A stretch of 64,000 bases of DNA, taken from positions 46,366-110,365 of the forward strand of contig CAYHIS010000004.1 of assembly GCA_964356785.1 (NCBI GenBank), written 5' to 3'. The stretch's first letter is position 1. The number at the start of each line of letters is the position of its first letter. The notes below the pieces were generated by a model that saw only the letters and a program-made list of their open reading frames with translations, ran no database searches and was not told where the DNA came from. Positions 30,831-39,860 of the stretch are shown here, piece by piece. The translations under genes were made by a program, and so were the position numbers. Origin of the DNA: an uncultured Rickettsiales bacterium (GTDB lineage: Bacteria > Pseudomonadota > Alphaproteobacteria > Rickettsiales > CANDYO01).

Positions 30831-32045
30831 ATGAGCAAAGGTAATGATCCAAAAAATTTTGGATTTGATAATGTTTATAAAACTGATCGAAATAGCGCGA
30901 TGAGCCGAAAGGTCGAAAGTCATTATGAAGAACTGAAAAAATGGGATGCTGCAAAAAAAGAAAAAGCAGCAAGAGAAAATGAAGAAAACGCAGTAAATGC
31001 TAGAGAAGATATAAATAACAAACATAGCGAGTATAATGCACAAACATATGAAAAAAGAGCGGATAAAACTAGAAGTGAAATCGACTCTAAAGATAGAATG
31101 GATTTTGTTTATTCACGCGATGATATAAAAAAGAAAAAACCACAAAATATTTCTAAAGAAGAAACAAAAGCTAGAAAAGAGCGTGCTGAAGCTCTTAGGC
31201 AATTTGTAACTGAAGGACGTCCTAATCCTTTATCTAGAGAGTATCAAGAAGCTGAAAGAGAGGAAAGAGTAAATAAACTCAACCTTGGAAGAGAAGACCA
31301 ACAAAAGCGAGAAGATATAAAAAATGCACATCGTAAAAACATAGAAGCAAGAAAACAAAACCAACAAGCTGCTAAAGCTGCTATGGATAAATTATCACAA
31401 GAACCACCTTTGGCAATTGCTAACTATCCTCATAATCCAGATTTTCAATTAAGACAAAATCCAACTTTAAAGCAAGAATTCACAATTCCTGCAGGTTTAG
31501 CTGAAAAAGTACGTATTGATGGAGAATGGGAAAGAGAGAAAAATAATAAGAAAAAAGAAAAACAAGAGGTTAAAGAAACCAAGCCGTTAATGATTGCAAA
31601 TTTCGCGCATAATGAGAGAGTTGCAAACAGCCCTGCTACTGTGACAGATAACAAAGTAATGGATACTTCCACGGTTTCTATGGCCGAGGAAAGAAAAGCT
31701 TTAGATGAGAGAAAAAAAGCTTTAGATGAGAGAAAAAAAGCTTTTGCTGAGAGAAGAAAAGCTTTAGATGAGAGAAAAAAAGCTTTTGCTGAGGAAAAAG
31801 AAGCTTTTGAAACAACTGCACAAACGCAAGCAATTCAGCCTTCAAACAGCCCTATTACTGTGACAGATAACAAAGTAATGGATACTTCCACGGTTTCTAT
31901 AGCTGAGAGAAAGAAAGCTTTTGAAAACCAAAAAAATCCTGTTATTCAAAATGTTAGCAAGCAGGATGTGCCCCCAACAACTATGGGAATGAGCGTTAAA
32001 GAGAGAATAGCAGCGTTGACGCAAGTGCAAGGCAGAAGAACCTAA
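30831..32045 (+). CDS. Charged coiled-coil repeat protein (candidate effector)
   Basis: Strong SD, 404 aa, heptad repeats ERKKA(L/F)(D/A), duplicated SPxTVTDNKVMDTSTVS block. Confidence 0.8.
   Translation: MSKGNDPKNFGFDNVYKTDRNSAMSRKVESHYEELKKWDAAKKEKAARENEENAVNAREDINNKHSEYNAQTYEKRADKTRSEIDSKDRMDFVYSRDDIKKKKPQNISKEETKARKERAEALRQFVTEGRPNPLSREYQEAEREERVNKLNLGREDQQKREDIKNAHRKNIEARKQNQQAAKAAMDKLSQEPPLAIANYPHNPDFQLRQNPTLKQEFTIPAGLAEKVRIDGEWEREKNNKKKEKQEVKETKPLMIANFAHNERVANSPATVTDNKVMDTSTVSMAEERKALDERKKALDERKKAFAERRKALDERKKAFAEEKEAFETTAQTQAIQPSNSPITVTDNKVMDTSTVSIAERKKAFENQKNPVIQNVSKQDVPPTTMGMSVKERIAALTQVQGRRT
31624..31927 (+). repeat. Intragenic 21-bp tandem repeats bracketed by a duplication at 219-bp offset
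   Basis: GAGAGAAAAAAAGCTTTAGAT-like units at about 31685-31810; block at 31624 repeated at 31843. Confidence 0.9.
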
Positions 32046-32069
32046 GCGTTGTCATTAGAATGACTAGAT

Positions 32070-32175
32070 CGTCATCCTGAGCGCAGCCGAAGGATCCAGT
32101 ATGGTTCTTTCTGGATGTTTCTACTATCGTTCAACATGACGAGTGACGCGCCATCCTGAATGAAATGACGGATCT
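32070..32175. repeat. CGTC-type palindromic repeat cluster
   Basis: CGTCATCCTGAGCGCAGCCGAAGGATCCAG...CTGGATGTTTC...CAACATGACG plus a third unit. Confidence 0.85.
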
Positions 32176-32205
32176 AAGGACTTAAGCCTCATTGGAGAAA
32201 GAGAT

Positions 32206-32604
32206 ATGTTTAAGTTTTCATATTATGGCCCAACTACAGGGAATCTAATTGGTGCTGGATTATACTTAACGCCATATGGTTCATTGGCTATACTTGGATT
32301 AAGCGCGCTAAATTTACCAAAAATATTATGCACAGAAATTCTTACAGGATATCAATGCGCTAATCTTCTTCAGCTAGGTATAAAGAAAATGCCTAAATTG
32401 CTACTGGGAGACGGTTATCAACTTGCCTCTATTAATGGACATAGATGTCCTGGTGATTTATGGGAACTTGCAACTAATATATTCATTATATTGCAGGCTG
32501 ATATAACTGTATCCATTGCTAATGCAATAACAGAATGGGATGGAAGCAATTTATTATCTGGAATTAATGAAGCCTTCTCAAATTGGTATAACGTAGTAAA
32601 TTAG
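32206..32604 (+). CDS. Hypothetical hydrophobic protein
   Basis: GGAGA SD, 132 aa, hydrophobic Gly-rich N-terminus; no recognised family. Confidence 0.6.
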   Translation: MFKFSYYGPTTGNLIGAGLYLTPYGSLAILGLSALNLPKILCTEILTGYQCANLLQLGIKKMPKLLLGDGYQLASINGHRCPGDLWELATNIFIILQADITVSIANAITEWDGSNLLSGINEAFSNWYNVVN

Positions 32605-32628
32605 AAGTACAGCTTTAAATTTACTATA

Positions 32629-33468
32629 TTACATTGATTGTTCCCATTCTTTATTCTTTCTTGCCTTGAGCTCTTTAGCAGTTTCTGTTGTAGGCACATT
32701 ATCTGGGCCTGATGGTATTTGAGCCTCAGAAATTTTAGAAGCAAGAGTTTCTTTGATAGAGGTTTTCTCATTAGCTTCACCAACATATCTACCAACACTT
32801 TCATAATCTATTTCATTTACTTCAGACCAAGAGGAATTTGCCATCTCTGCTTTTAAAGTGCTTAAATCTGTAATGCCTTTATTCCCAGATACGTTTGCAT
32901 ATGCCCTAGCAGCTTTAGATAAAAGATTAGACAGGCCTTTAGTATTAAAATTTGCTAAAGCAGACATTTTTTCTATTACAGCAATTGCATTTTCCATCAG
33001 CCTCACATCGTTCACATCACTATCTAAACTAGGAGAAGCAATAAGATCTGCTACAGCAGCCTCTAAATCGGCAGCAAGTTTATTAGCCATGGGCTCTTTT
33101 TGTGCCTTTGCTGCTTGGTCTCTAGCATTCTGTTGAGCAAAATGTTTTAAGATAATATTGGCAATTATACCAATAATAGTTTTAGGTTTTTTTTTCCTAT
33201 TTTTTAAAGTTTTATATTTTCCTTTAGTTAGTTTTCTTATTATTTTGGTAAGATAGTTAAGCATTTCATCATCAGAAATTGCACCAAGTTCAACAGCTCT
33301 TGCAAGCAGCATTATTGCTTCTGCAATATTATCAGTAATTTGTTCTGTTAATTCATTCTTCTCAAGCTCGCCTTTCTCTATTTTTTTTGCAAGCTTGATT
33401 AATTCAGATTTAACTTCATCTATTTCTGAATTTTCATTAGATTCTGGAATAGGTTCTTTTTTTGACAT
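32629..33468 (-). CDS. Hypothetical helical protein
   Basis: 279-aa ORF directly after the GTA tail gene; basic tract KNRKKKPK. Confidence 0.7.
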   Translation of the reverse strand: MSKKEPIPESNENSEIDEVKSELIKLAKKIEKGELEKNELTEQITDNIAEAIMLLARAVELGAISDDEMLNYLTKIIRKLTKGKYKTLKNRKKKPKTIIGIIANIILKHFAQQNARDQAAKAQKEPMANKLAADLEAAVADLIASPSLDSDVNDVRLMENAIAVIEKMSALANFNTKGLSNLLSKAARAYANVSGNKGITDLSTLKAEMANSSWSEVNEIDYESVGRYVGEANEKTSIKETLASKISEAQIPSGPDNVPTTETAKELKARKNKEWEQSM

Positions 33469-33490
33469 GTTTCATTCTCATCGAGTATAT

Positions 33491-33886
33491 TTAAGAATAT
33501 TGGACTTCTCCTGAACTTGCAAGACCAATTGCATAATGTTCTTCTTCACCCATATTTCCAATACGTTCATAAAAATGAATTTGAAATTTACTAATTAGGC
33601 TTTCCCCGCTTGCAAATGAGATTTGGAATTTAGCAATTTTACCAGTAAGAGCTAAGCTTCTTATTTTTTGCTCCGCTTCTGAATTTGCAAATGATCCCGT
33701 AACGGTGATGTCTATAGATCTAAGCCCAGAACCTATCAATAACTCTCTCCAAATACCACTAGAAATATTGCTCGAATCAACAAGGCTATTATTTAGACTA
33801 AATTTAGTTGAACGCATACCGCCTATTATCTGCCAATCATCATTTATTTCTATAGAAACGAGTAATTGTGATCCGCTATATAACAT
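33491..33886 (-). CDS. GTA/phage tail tube protein (TP901-1-like)
   Basis: IGGMRSTKFSLN...VDSSN..SGIWRELL.GSGLRS..VTGSF...LASSGEV. Confidence 0.88.
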   Translation of the reverse strand: MLYSGSQLLVSIEINDDWQIIGGMRSTKFSLNNSLVDSSNISSGIWRELLIGSGLRSIDITVTGSFANSEAEQKIRSLALTGKIAKFQISFASGESLISKFQIHFYERIGNMGEEEHYAIGLASSGEVQYS

Positions 33887-34240
33887 TTAATCTCCTTGAA
33901 TCGTTTTAAATTGCATATTGATTGAATAAGTAATGGAATCGTTTAGAATAGAAACTCTCTGCTCTAAAAAATTGATTTTATCTGCGATTAATAACTCTCT
34001 TATTTCTTTGGAAAGCATTAACATATTTCTTAAATTCTTATCACGAAAATAGATAGAGATTTTAAAATTGATTTCTTCCAATTTGGAGGTTTTTGTTGAT
34101 TTATCTTTGCTTAAAAAATCTCCGATAAAAATATATGGGAATTTACTATTTTGAGGGACTTGAAAATATACTGAAGCTTTAGATGCTATTTCATTAATAT
34201 TTAGCTTTTTATATAATTGCTCTTGTAACTTTAAAATCAT
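33887..34240 (-). CDS. GTA/phage tail terminator (DUF3168-like)
   Basis: LQEQLYKKL...VYFQVP...FPYIFIGD; position between head closure and tail tube. Confidence 0.78.
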   Translation of the reverse strand: MILKLQEQLYKKLNINEIASKASVYFQVPQNSKFPYIFIGDFLSKDKSTKTSKLEEINFKISIYFRDKNLRNMLMLSKEIRELLIADKINFLEQRVSILNDSITYSINMQFKTIQGD

Positions 34241-34575
34241 ATATTTTCCTGCGCTATTATTATTGATATTAAATTTTGTTCATCTTGATTTATGATACGT
34301 TTTATCTCGAATTTTCTTTTTTCATAAATTATTCGCATGTTATTTTGTAAATTCGGCATAAATCTTATTCTAAACCGGTAATAAGAGTTATCCATAAGCT
34401 GCATAGCAATAACAGCTTCTCCTGAAGTTTTCTCAAAGATAGCTCTTACTTCTGCGCGAATAGTTGCAAAATCTTGCCAAGCTTCACCGCTTTCTAGCTC
34501 AAAAACATTATTGTTTGAAAGAGGCTTTTGAATAGTAATTACTTGCTTCAAGCAAGATGTAAAATTCTTTTTCAT
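34237..34575 (-). CDS. GTA/phage head-closure protein
   Basis: ITIQKP...WQDFATIRAEV...FRIRF...MRIIYEKRKFEI. Confidence 0.85.
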   Translation of the reverse strand: MKKNFTSCLKQVITIQKPLSNNNVFELESGEAWQDFATIRAEVRAIFEKTSGEAVIAMQLMDNSYYRFRIRFMPNLQNNMRIIYEKRKFEIKRIINQDEQNLISIIIAQENI

Positions 34576-35097
34576 TTAAAGCCGTACTCTTTTAAAAGGT
34601 TGATAAAGGCTCTTTACTGAGGCAGGTAAAGACTGATTCTCTCCCCTTAAATCATAAAGCTTAGCTATATGCTCTATGATTCCTTGCTTTATAGATGCGG
34701 GAATTTCTTCATAACCTGCTTGATAAGTAATTTCTGCTCTTTTGGCATGATAAATTCTATTTAACATAATGGTTTCCGAATGTTTATCCAGAAGATAATG
34801 TTCATCTGAAAGATTGATAGAATTATCATTAAAAAGAAGTTTGAATTCTTCTATTTTAAGTATAGGTCCATGCTTTAATTTAATAATATCTGGAATATTA
34901 TTAAAAATAGAGATTTTCCATTTTGCTAGAACTAAAGATAAGCCTGTATAATTTTCAGCAACTTCACACGCAATATCTATCATATTCATAATCATTTCAT
35001 TATCATAATCATGATCTATTCTTAAATATTGTTTGAGCTTATCTAATGAAATGAAATTTGCTTTGCTTTTTTTAAGCAATTGAATAGTTTGATGCAT
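34576..35097 (-). CDS. GTA/phage head-tail connector (gp6-like)
   Basis: ISLDKLKQYLRIDHD..., AENYTG, ITYQAGY..IPASIKQGI, LYQPFKRVRL. Confidence 0.88.
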   Translation of the reverse strand: MHQTIQLLKKSKANFISLDKLKQYLRIDHDYDNEMIMNMIDIACEVAENYTGLSLVLAKWKISIFNNIPDIIKLKHGPILKIEEFKLLFNDNSINLSDEHYLLDKHSETIMLNRIYHAKRAEITYQAGYEEIPASIKQGIIEHIAKLYDLRGENQSLPASVKSLYQPFKRVRL

Positions 35098-35116
35098 TTT
35101 TTATCTCTTATATTTA

Positions 35117-35190
35117 CTCGTCATACTGAACGGAGTGAAGTATCCATAGCAACTCATGATGGATCCTTCGGCTGCGCTCAGGATGACGAG
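35117..35190. repeat. CGTC-type palindromic repeat (inverted dimer)
   Basis: CTCGTCATACTGA...GGATCCTTCGGCTGCGCTCAGGATGACGAG. Confidence 0.85.
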
Positions 35191-35213
35191 AGTTTTGCCA
35201 TCAGGAGACGGTG

Positions 35214-35474
35214 CTAATCACCAAAGGAGCGAGGAATATTACTAAGTGAAAGCTTAAAAATCTTTGATACTTGATTAAGTAATTGCTGATTATAGTTATT
35301 TTGAGTGTTTTTAAAAACCGCTCTATTAATAGATTTACCTAACAAATTTTCATCAAATAGTTTTTGAGAATCTGTTTTAATCATCGCCTTTAAGCTATTC
35401 ACTTCTTCTGATAACTCTTGAACTTGTAGCTTTAAAGCATTAAGCTCAAGATAATCATCACGTCTTCTTAACAT
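35214..35474 (-). CDS. Small coiled-coil protein in GTA module
   Basis: 86 aa starting 2 nt after the capsid stop; no recognised family. Confidence 0.6.
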   Translation of the reverse strand: MLRRRDDYLELNALKLQVQELSEEVNSLKAMIKTDSQKLFDENLLGKSINRAVFKNTQNNYNQQLLNQVSKIFKLSLSNIPRSFGD

Positions 35475-35476
35475 TT

Positions 35477-37096
35477 TTATGATGCTAATTTTAATAGCTT
35501 GATAGCTTCAAAATTAGTTACATCACCACCAACGCGTTTTGTTGTATAGAATTTAACAAAAGGCTTGAATGTATAAGGATCACATAATACTCTAATTCCT
35601 TGACGATCAACAATTTTATAAGCTGCTTTAAAATCTGCTAATGCAATGCTTAAAGAATCTTTTGTTGCTGTTGGCATATCTGCAGCTTCAAACACTGGAA
35701 GTCCAAGTAATGTATCTGGATTTCCTTCTACAAGACCTGGGTTCCATAAATATCTTCCACTTACATTATCTTTTAAGCTTCTAACCATATGAAGAGTGAA
35801 TCTATTCATTAGGAAGCTTGCATTATTGCAATATTGTTCTTTTAAAGAGAAATATAAATTAAGCAGATCATCAGCATCAAATAAGCCATCTTTACAAGTT
35901 TTTATTTGCTCTATTTTACCCCATTCTTTTCCGTCCGCATGGCTTAATATACCTTTAGGGCAGCTTATACCATCTCCATAAATAAAAGCTTGGTTCTCAA
36001 GTTTAGAGAAACTATTTATTAATTTTTCAGCAAGCCATTTTTCAATATCAATAGATGAATCATCAATTAATTTCTGAGTTGCGGAAGGTTGTGCATAAAG
36101 TTCAAATACTGGAATATTTCTTTTATTGATTTTTGGAGTATCAGTATCTACAGCTAATTTAGTTTCAGCTGTCCATCCTGCTCCTGCTTTATCATAATCT
36201 TCTATTACATCTAATGAGCTCGTAGAAATTTGCTCTCTTGATGCAAGTTTACGCATTGGAGAGATTTCTTCTAGAATCTGAGTAATATTTGCTGAAGTTT
36301 GACGAGTTATTAAATATCCACCATCAGCATCTGAACCTGCAGATAGACCTTTTTGCTCTAATTTACTTAAAGTTAATTCATTTCCTGATCTTAAATAATT
36401 AGAGAAGGCGGCTTTATGTTCATTATCAAAATGCCCTGTTAGATTAGATCCTGAGAAAGCAGGTCTTGATAGACTGGTCTCAATATTTTCTATGCGAGAT
36501 TTTTGCTCATCAAGATGAGAATTCATTCTTACTAATTGTTGAGTAAGTAAAGGATCATAAGAACCTTTTTGTTCTATGGTCTTTAAAATTTCATCGTTTA
36601 CTGACTTAAAATTTTCCCAAGTTTGTTCTTGATTAATAGTCATTTTTTCTCCTATATGTTGTTGTTTTATTACGGTTATATTTGCTTCGATATTTGCTGG
36701 GAATGTAACTAAGCTTATTTCCCAAAGATTGATATTTTCAATTATTCTTACATCACCTTTATAATGGTAGTTAATAGGTTTGAATCCTATGCTCACACCA
36801 GAAATGGCTTTTTCTTTAACTAGCTTATAAGCTGCTTTTGCTTGAGGAACATCAAGTAATAATTTTGCTTTAAAAAATAATCCATGATTATCTTCTTTGA
36901 TTTCTAGAATTGTGCCGATAGGTTTATCTGCCTTATGTTGCCATAAGAACTTCACTTTTTCTTGATGAAGATTTTTAAATGCACCTTGTTTGATAAGATC
37001 ATTATGCTGATCTACTGAATTAAATACACTAGCATAGCCAGCAATAATGCCTTCTTCTTCGCTTTGCAAAGAAAAATTTATAGATTTTTTATCCAT
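35477..37096 (-). CDS. Fused HK97 prohead protease + major capsid protein (GTA-like)
   Basis: N-half IAGYASVF, LWQH, GVSIGF, WEISLVTFPAN; C-half DGGYL, ISPMRKLA, ATQKLIDDS, FYTTKRVGG. Confidence 0.95.
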   Translation of the reverse strand: MDKKSINFSLQSEEEGIIAGYASVFNSVDQHNDLIKQGAFKNLHQEKVKFLWQHKADKPIGTILEIKEDNHGLFFKAKLLLDVPQAKAAYKLVKEKAISGVSIGFKPINYHYKGDVRIIENINLWEISLVTFPANIEANITVIKQQHIGEKMTINQEQTWENFKSVNDEILKTIEQKGSYDPLLTQQLVRMNSHLDEQKSRIENIETSLSRPAFSGSNLTGHFDNEHKAAFSNYLRSGNELTLSKLEQKGLSAGSDADGGYLITRQTSANITQILEEISPMRKLASREQISTSSLDVIEDYDKAGAGWTAETKLAVDTDTPKINKRNIPVFELYAQPSATQKLIDDSSIDIEKWLAEKLINSFSKLENQAFIYGDGISCPKGILSHADGKEWGKIEQIKTCKDGLFDADDLLNLYFSLKEQYCNNASFLMNRFTLHMVRSLKDNVSGRYLWNPGLVEGNPDTLLGLPVFEAADMPTATKDSLSIALADFKAAYKIVDRQGIRVLCDPYTFKPFVKFYTTKRVGGDVTNFEAIKLLKLAS

Positions 37097-37194
37097 TTCG
37101 TACCTATTTGAGTTTTATCTCAATATATCGTACGATTGTACATATGTCATGCACCATTGCTGTATTTTTTGAATAGATCTCTTGCGAAATTCAC

Positions 37195-39852
37195 TTATTT
37201 AGATAAAGCAGCTTTAGCAGCGGCAATTATAGCCACCGGCACTCTATAAGGTGAACAAGAGATATAATCAAATCCTAGGCTATGGAAAAATTTGATAGAT
37301 TCTGGGTCTCCACCATGTTCTCCACAAATTCCAATTTTTAAGTTTGGATTAGTTTCTTTGCCTCTTTTTGTTGCGATCTTTAATAATTCACCAACCCCTT
37401 CTTGATCAATTGAGGCAAATGGATCGGTTTTTATAATTCCTTTTTCTTTATATTCATTTAAGAATATTGCAGCATCATCTCTAGAAACACCTAAAGTAGT
37501 TTGAGTAAGATCATTGGTACCAAAGCTAAAAAATTCAGCTTGACTTGCAATTTCATTCGCTTTTAAAGCGGCTCTTGGCAATTCTATCATTGTACCGACC
37601 ATATAATCTAATTTCATTTGATGTTTTTCCATCACCTGTTTAGCAACAGAATCTACGATGTCTTTCATCATTTTAAATTCTCTTATATCGAAAACCAAAG
37701 GAATCATGATTTCAGCGATAGCGCTAGCTGACTTTTCTTTTTCTGCTATTATCATTGCTTCAAAAACAGCTCTTGCTTGCATTTCATAAATTTCAGGATA
37801 AGTTATACCAAGCCTACATCCACGATGCCCTAGCATTGGATTATGTTCTTTAAGTTGTAATGCTCGGTTCTTCACCTGATCAACAGAAATATCCATAGCA
37901 ATCGCTAAATCTCTTATATCTTGTTCATTAGAAGGAAGAAATTCATGTAAAGGCGGATCAAGAAAGCGTATAGTTACTGGCAGATCATGCATAACTTTAA
38001 AAATATCTACAAAATCTTTTATTTGCATTGGAAGAAGTTTATTTAAAGCAGTTTTACGTTGATCTATATTATTTGCTATAATCATCTCACGCATTGAATT
38101 TATACGGTCTGCGTCAAAAAACATATGCTCCGTACGGCATAGGCCAATTCCTTCAGCGCCAAATTTTCTAGCAACCATACTATCTTGCTTAGTTTCTGCA
38201 TTAGTTCTAACTTTTAAACGACGAACGTCATTAGCCCATTCAATCATCCGGTTAAATTCTTCAAAGAATTCAGGCTGAATCATTTTTACTTCACCTAAGA
38301 TTATCTCACCTGTGCTGCCATTTATAGTGATTATATCCCCTTCATTCACCGTTACTCCATTAGTTGTGAAGTAATTTTTACTATAATTGACAACTAAATC
38401 TTGAGCGCCACATACACAAGGTTTACCCATTCCTCTTGCAACTACTGCTGCATGAGAAGTCATTCCACCCCTACTAGTTAAGATGCCTTCTGCAGCATGC
38501 ATTCCGTGAATATCTTCTGGGCTTGTTTCCAGCCGAACTAAAATAACTTTCATGGATTTTGCAAGCCTCTCTGCATTATCTGATGAAAACACAACTTTAC
38601 CAGTTGCTGCCCCAGGTGAGGCTGGCAGTCCCTGTGTAATAACTTTATAACTAGCATTTTCATCAATTGTGGGGTGAAGAAGCTTATCTATGCTATTTAC
38701 ATCTACTCTTTCTATAGCTTCTTCTTTGCTAATTAAACCTTCATGAACTAAATCTACTGCAATTTTAATAGCAGCTCTTGCAGTACGTTTTCCTGATCTA
38801 GTTTGCAAAAGCCATAACTTACCATCTTCAATAGTAAATTCAATATCTTGAACATCTCTATAATGAGCTTCTAACCTATTACATACGTCCAATAATTCTT
38901 TATAAAGCTCAGGCATTACCTCTTCCATTGCCGGAAGACTTGAGCCAGAGTCATTTTTTCCTTGGATGCTGATATTCTGAGGGGTACGAAGCCCAGCGAC
39001 TACATCTTCTCCTTGGGCATTTATTAAATATTCACCATATATTTGCTTAACTCCATTTGTTGGGTTTCTAGTGAATACTACTCCTGTAGCTGAATTATAC
39101 CCAGTATTACCAAATACCATTGACTGAATATTTACAGCAGTTCCAAGATCTTCTGGAATATTATTTAGCTTACGATATGTAATGGCTCTGTTGCTCATCC
39201 ATGAATCAAATACAGCTTTAATAGCAGACCATAATTGCGCTTTAGGGCTTTGAGGAAAATCATTTCCTGTTTCTGATTTTATCTTCTCTTTGAATTCTAT
39301 GATGAGATCTTGCAATGCAATAAGAGAAAGCTCGGTATCCTCTTTAATAGATAGATCTTGTTTTTTCCATTCTATAATTTCTTCAAATATATAATGATCT
39401 AATTTTAATACAACGCTTGCATACATTTGAATAAAACGACGATAGCTATCATAAGCAAAACGAGGATTATTACTTGCATTCGCAAGACCAATGACTGTTT
39501 CATCATTTAGCCCTAAATTTAAAATAGTATCCATCATCCCTGGCATTGAAACCCTTGCCCCGGAACGTACTGAAACTAGCAATGGATTTTCGAAACTTCC
39601 AAATTCACGACCGAGTTCTTCTTCAATTACATGGAGCGCTTCTTCAACTTGTATCACTAACTCGTCTGATAAAGTTTTTTCATCCATATAATAAGATTTA
39701 CATACTTCAGTAGTTATAGTAAACCCTGGAGGCACATCTATTCCAAATGAGGAAATCTCTGCTAGATTAGCTCCTTTTCCGCCAAGCAAATCTTTCATTT
39801 TGCTATTCCCTTCTTTTTTTCCGGAACCAAATTGATATACTAGTTTTTCCAT
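37195..39852 (-). CDS. ppdK: Pyruvate, phosphate dikinase
   Basis: LGGKGANLAE, SMPGMMDT, GGMTSHAAVVARG, FSFGTNDL, GICGEHGGDP. Confidence 0.99.
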   Translation of the reverse strand: MEKLVYQFGSGKKEGNSKMKDLLGGKGANLAEISSFGIDVPPGFTITTEVCKSYYMDEKTLSDELVIQVEEALHVIEEELGREFGSFENPLLVSVRSGARVSMPGMMDTILNLGLNDETVIGLANASNNPRFAYDSYRRFIQMYASVVLKLDHYIFEEIIEWKKQDLSIKEDTELSLIALQDLIIEFKEKIKSETGNDFPQSPKAQLWSAIKAVFDSWMSNRAITYRKLNNIPEDLGTAVNIQSMVFGNTGYNSATGVVFTRNPTNGVKQIYGEYLINAQGEDVVAGLRTPQNISIQGKNDSGSSLPAMEEVMPELYKELLDVCNRLEAHYRDVQDIEFTIEDGKLWLLQTRSGKRTARAAIKIAVDLVHEGLISKEEAIERVDVNSIDKLLHPTIDENASYKVITQGLPASPGAATGKVVFSSDNAERLAKSMKVILVRLETSPEDIHGMHAAEGILTSRGGMTSHAAVVARGMGKPCVCGAQDLVVNYSKNYFTTNGVTVNEGDIITINGSTGEIILGEVKMIQPEFFEEFNRMIEWANDVRRLKVRTNAETKQDSMVARKFGAEGIGLCRTEHMFFDADRINSMREMIIANNIDQRKTALNKLLPMQIKDFVDIFKVMHDLPVTIRFLDPPLHEFLPSNEQDIRDLAIAMDISVDQVKNRALQLKEHNPMLGHRGCRLGITYPEIYEMQARAVFEAMIIAEKEKSASAIAEIMIPLVFDIREFKMMKDIVDSVAKQVMEKHQMKLDYMVGTMIELPRAALKANEIASQAEFFSFGTNDLTQTTLGVSRDDAAIFLNEYKEKGIIKTDPFASIDQEGVGELLKIATKRGKETNPNLKIGICGEHGGDPESIKFFHSLGFDYISCSPYRVPVAIIAAAKAALSK

Positions 39853-39860
39853 AATAACCT

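Noticed and set aside
33491-37096. Intact prophage
   Set aside because: No integrase, replication, lysis, portal or terminase genes and no att sites; fits a GTA-like module
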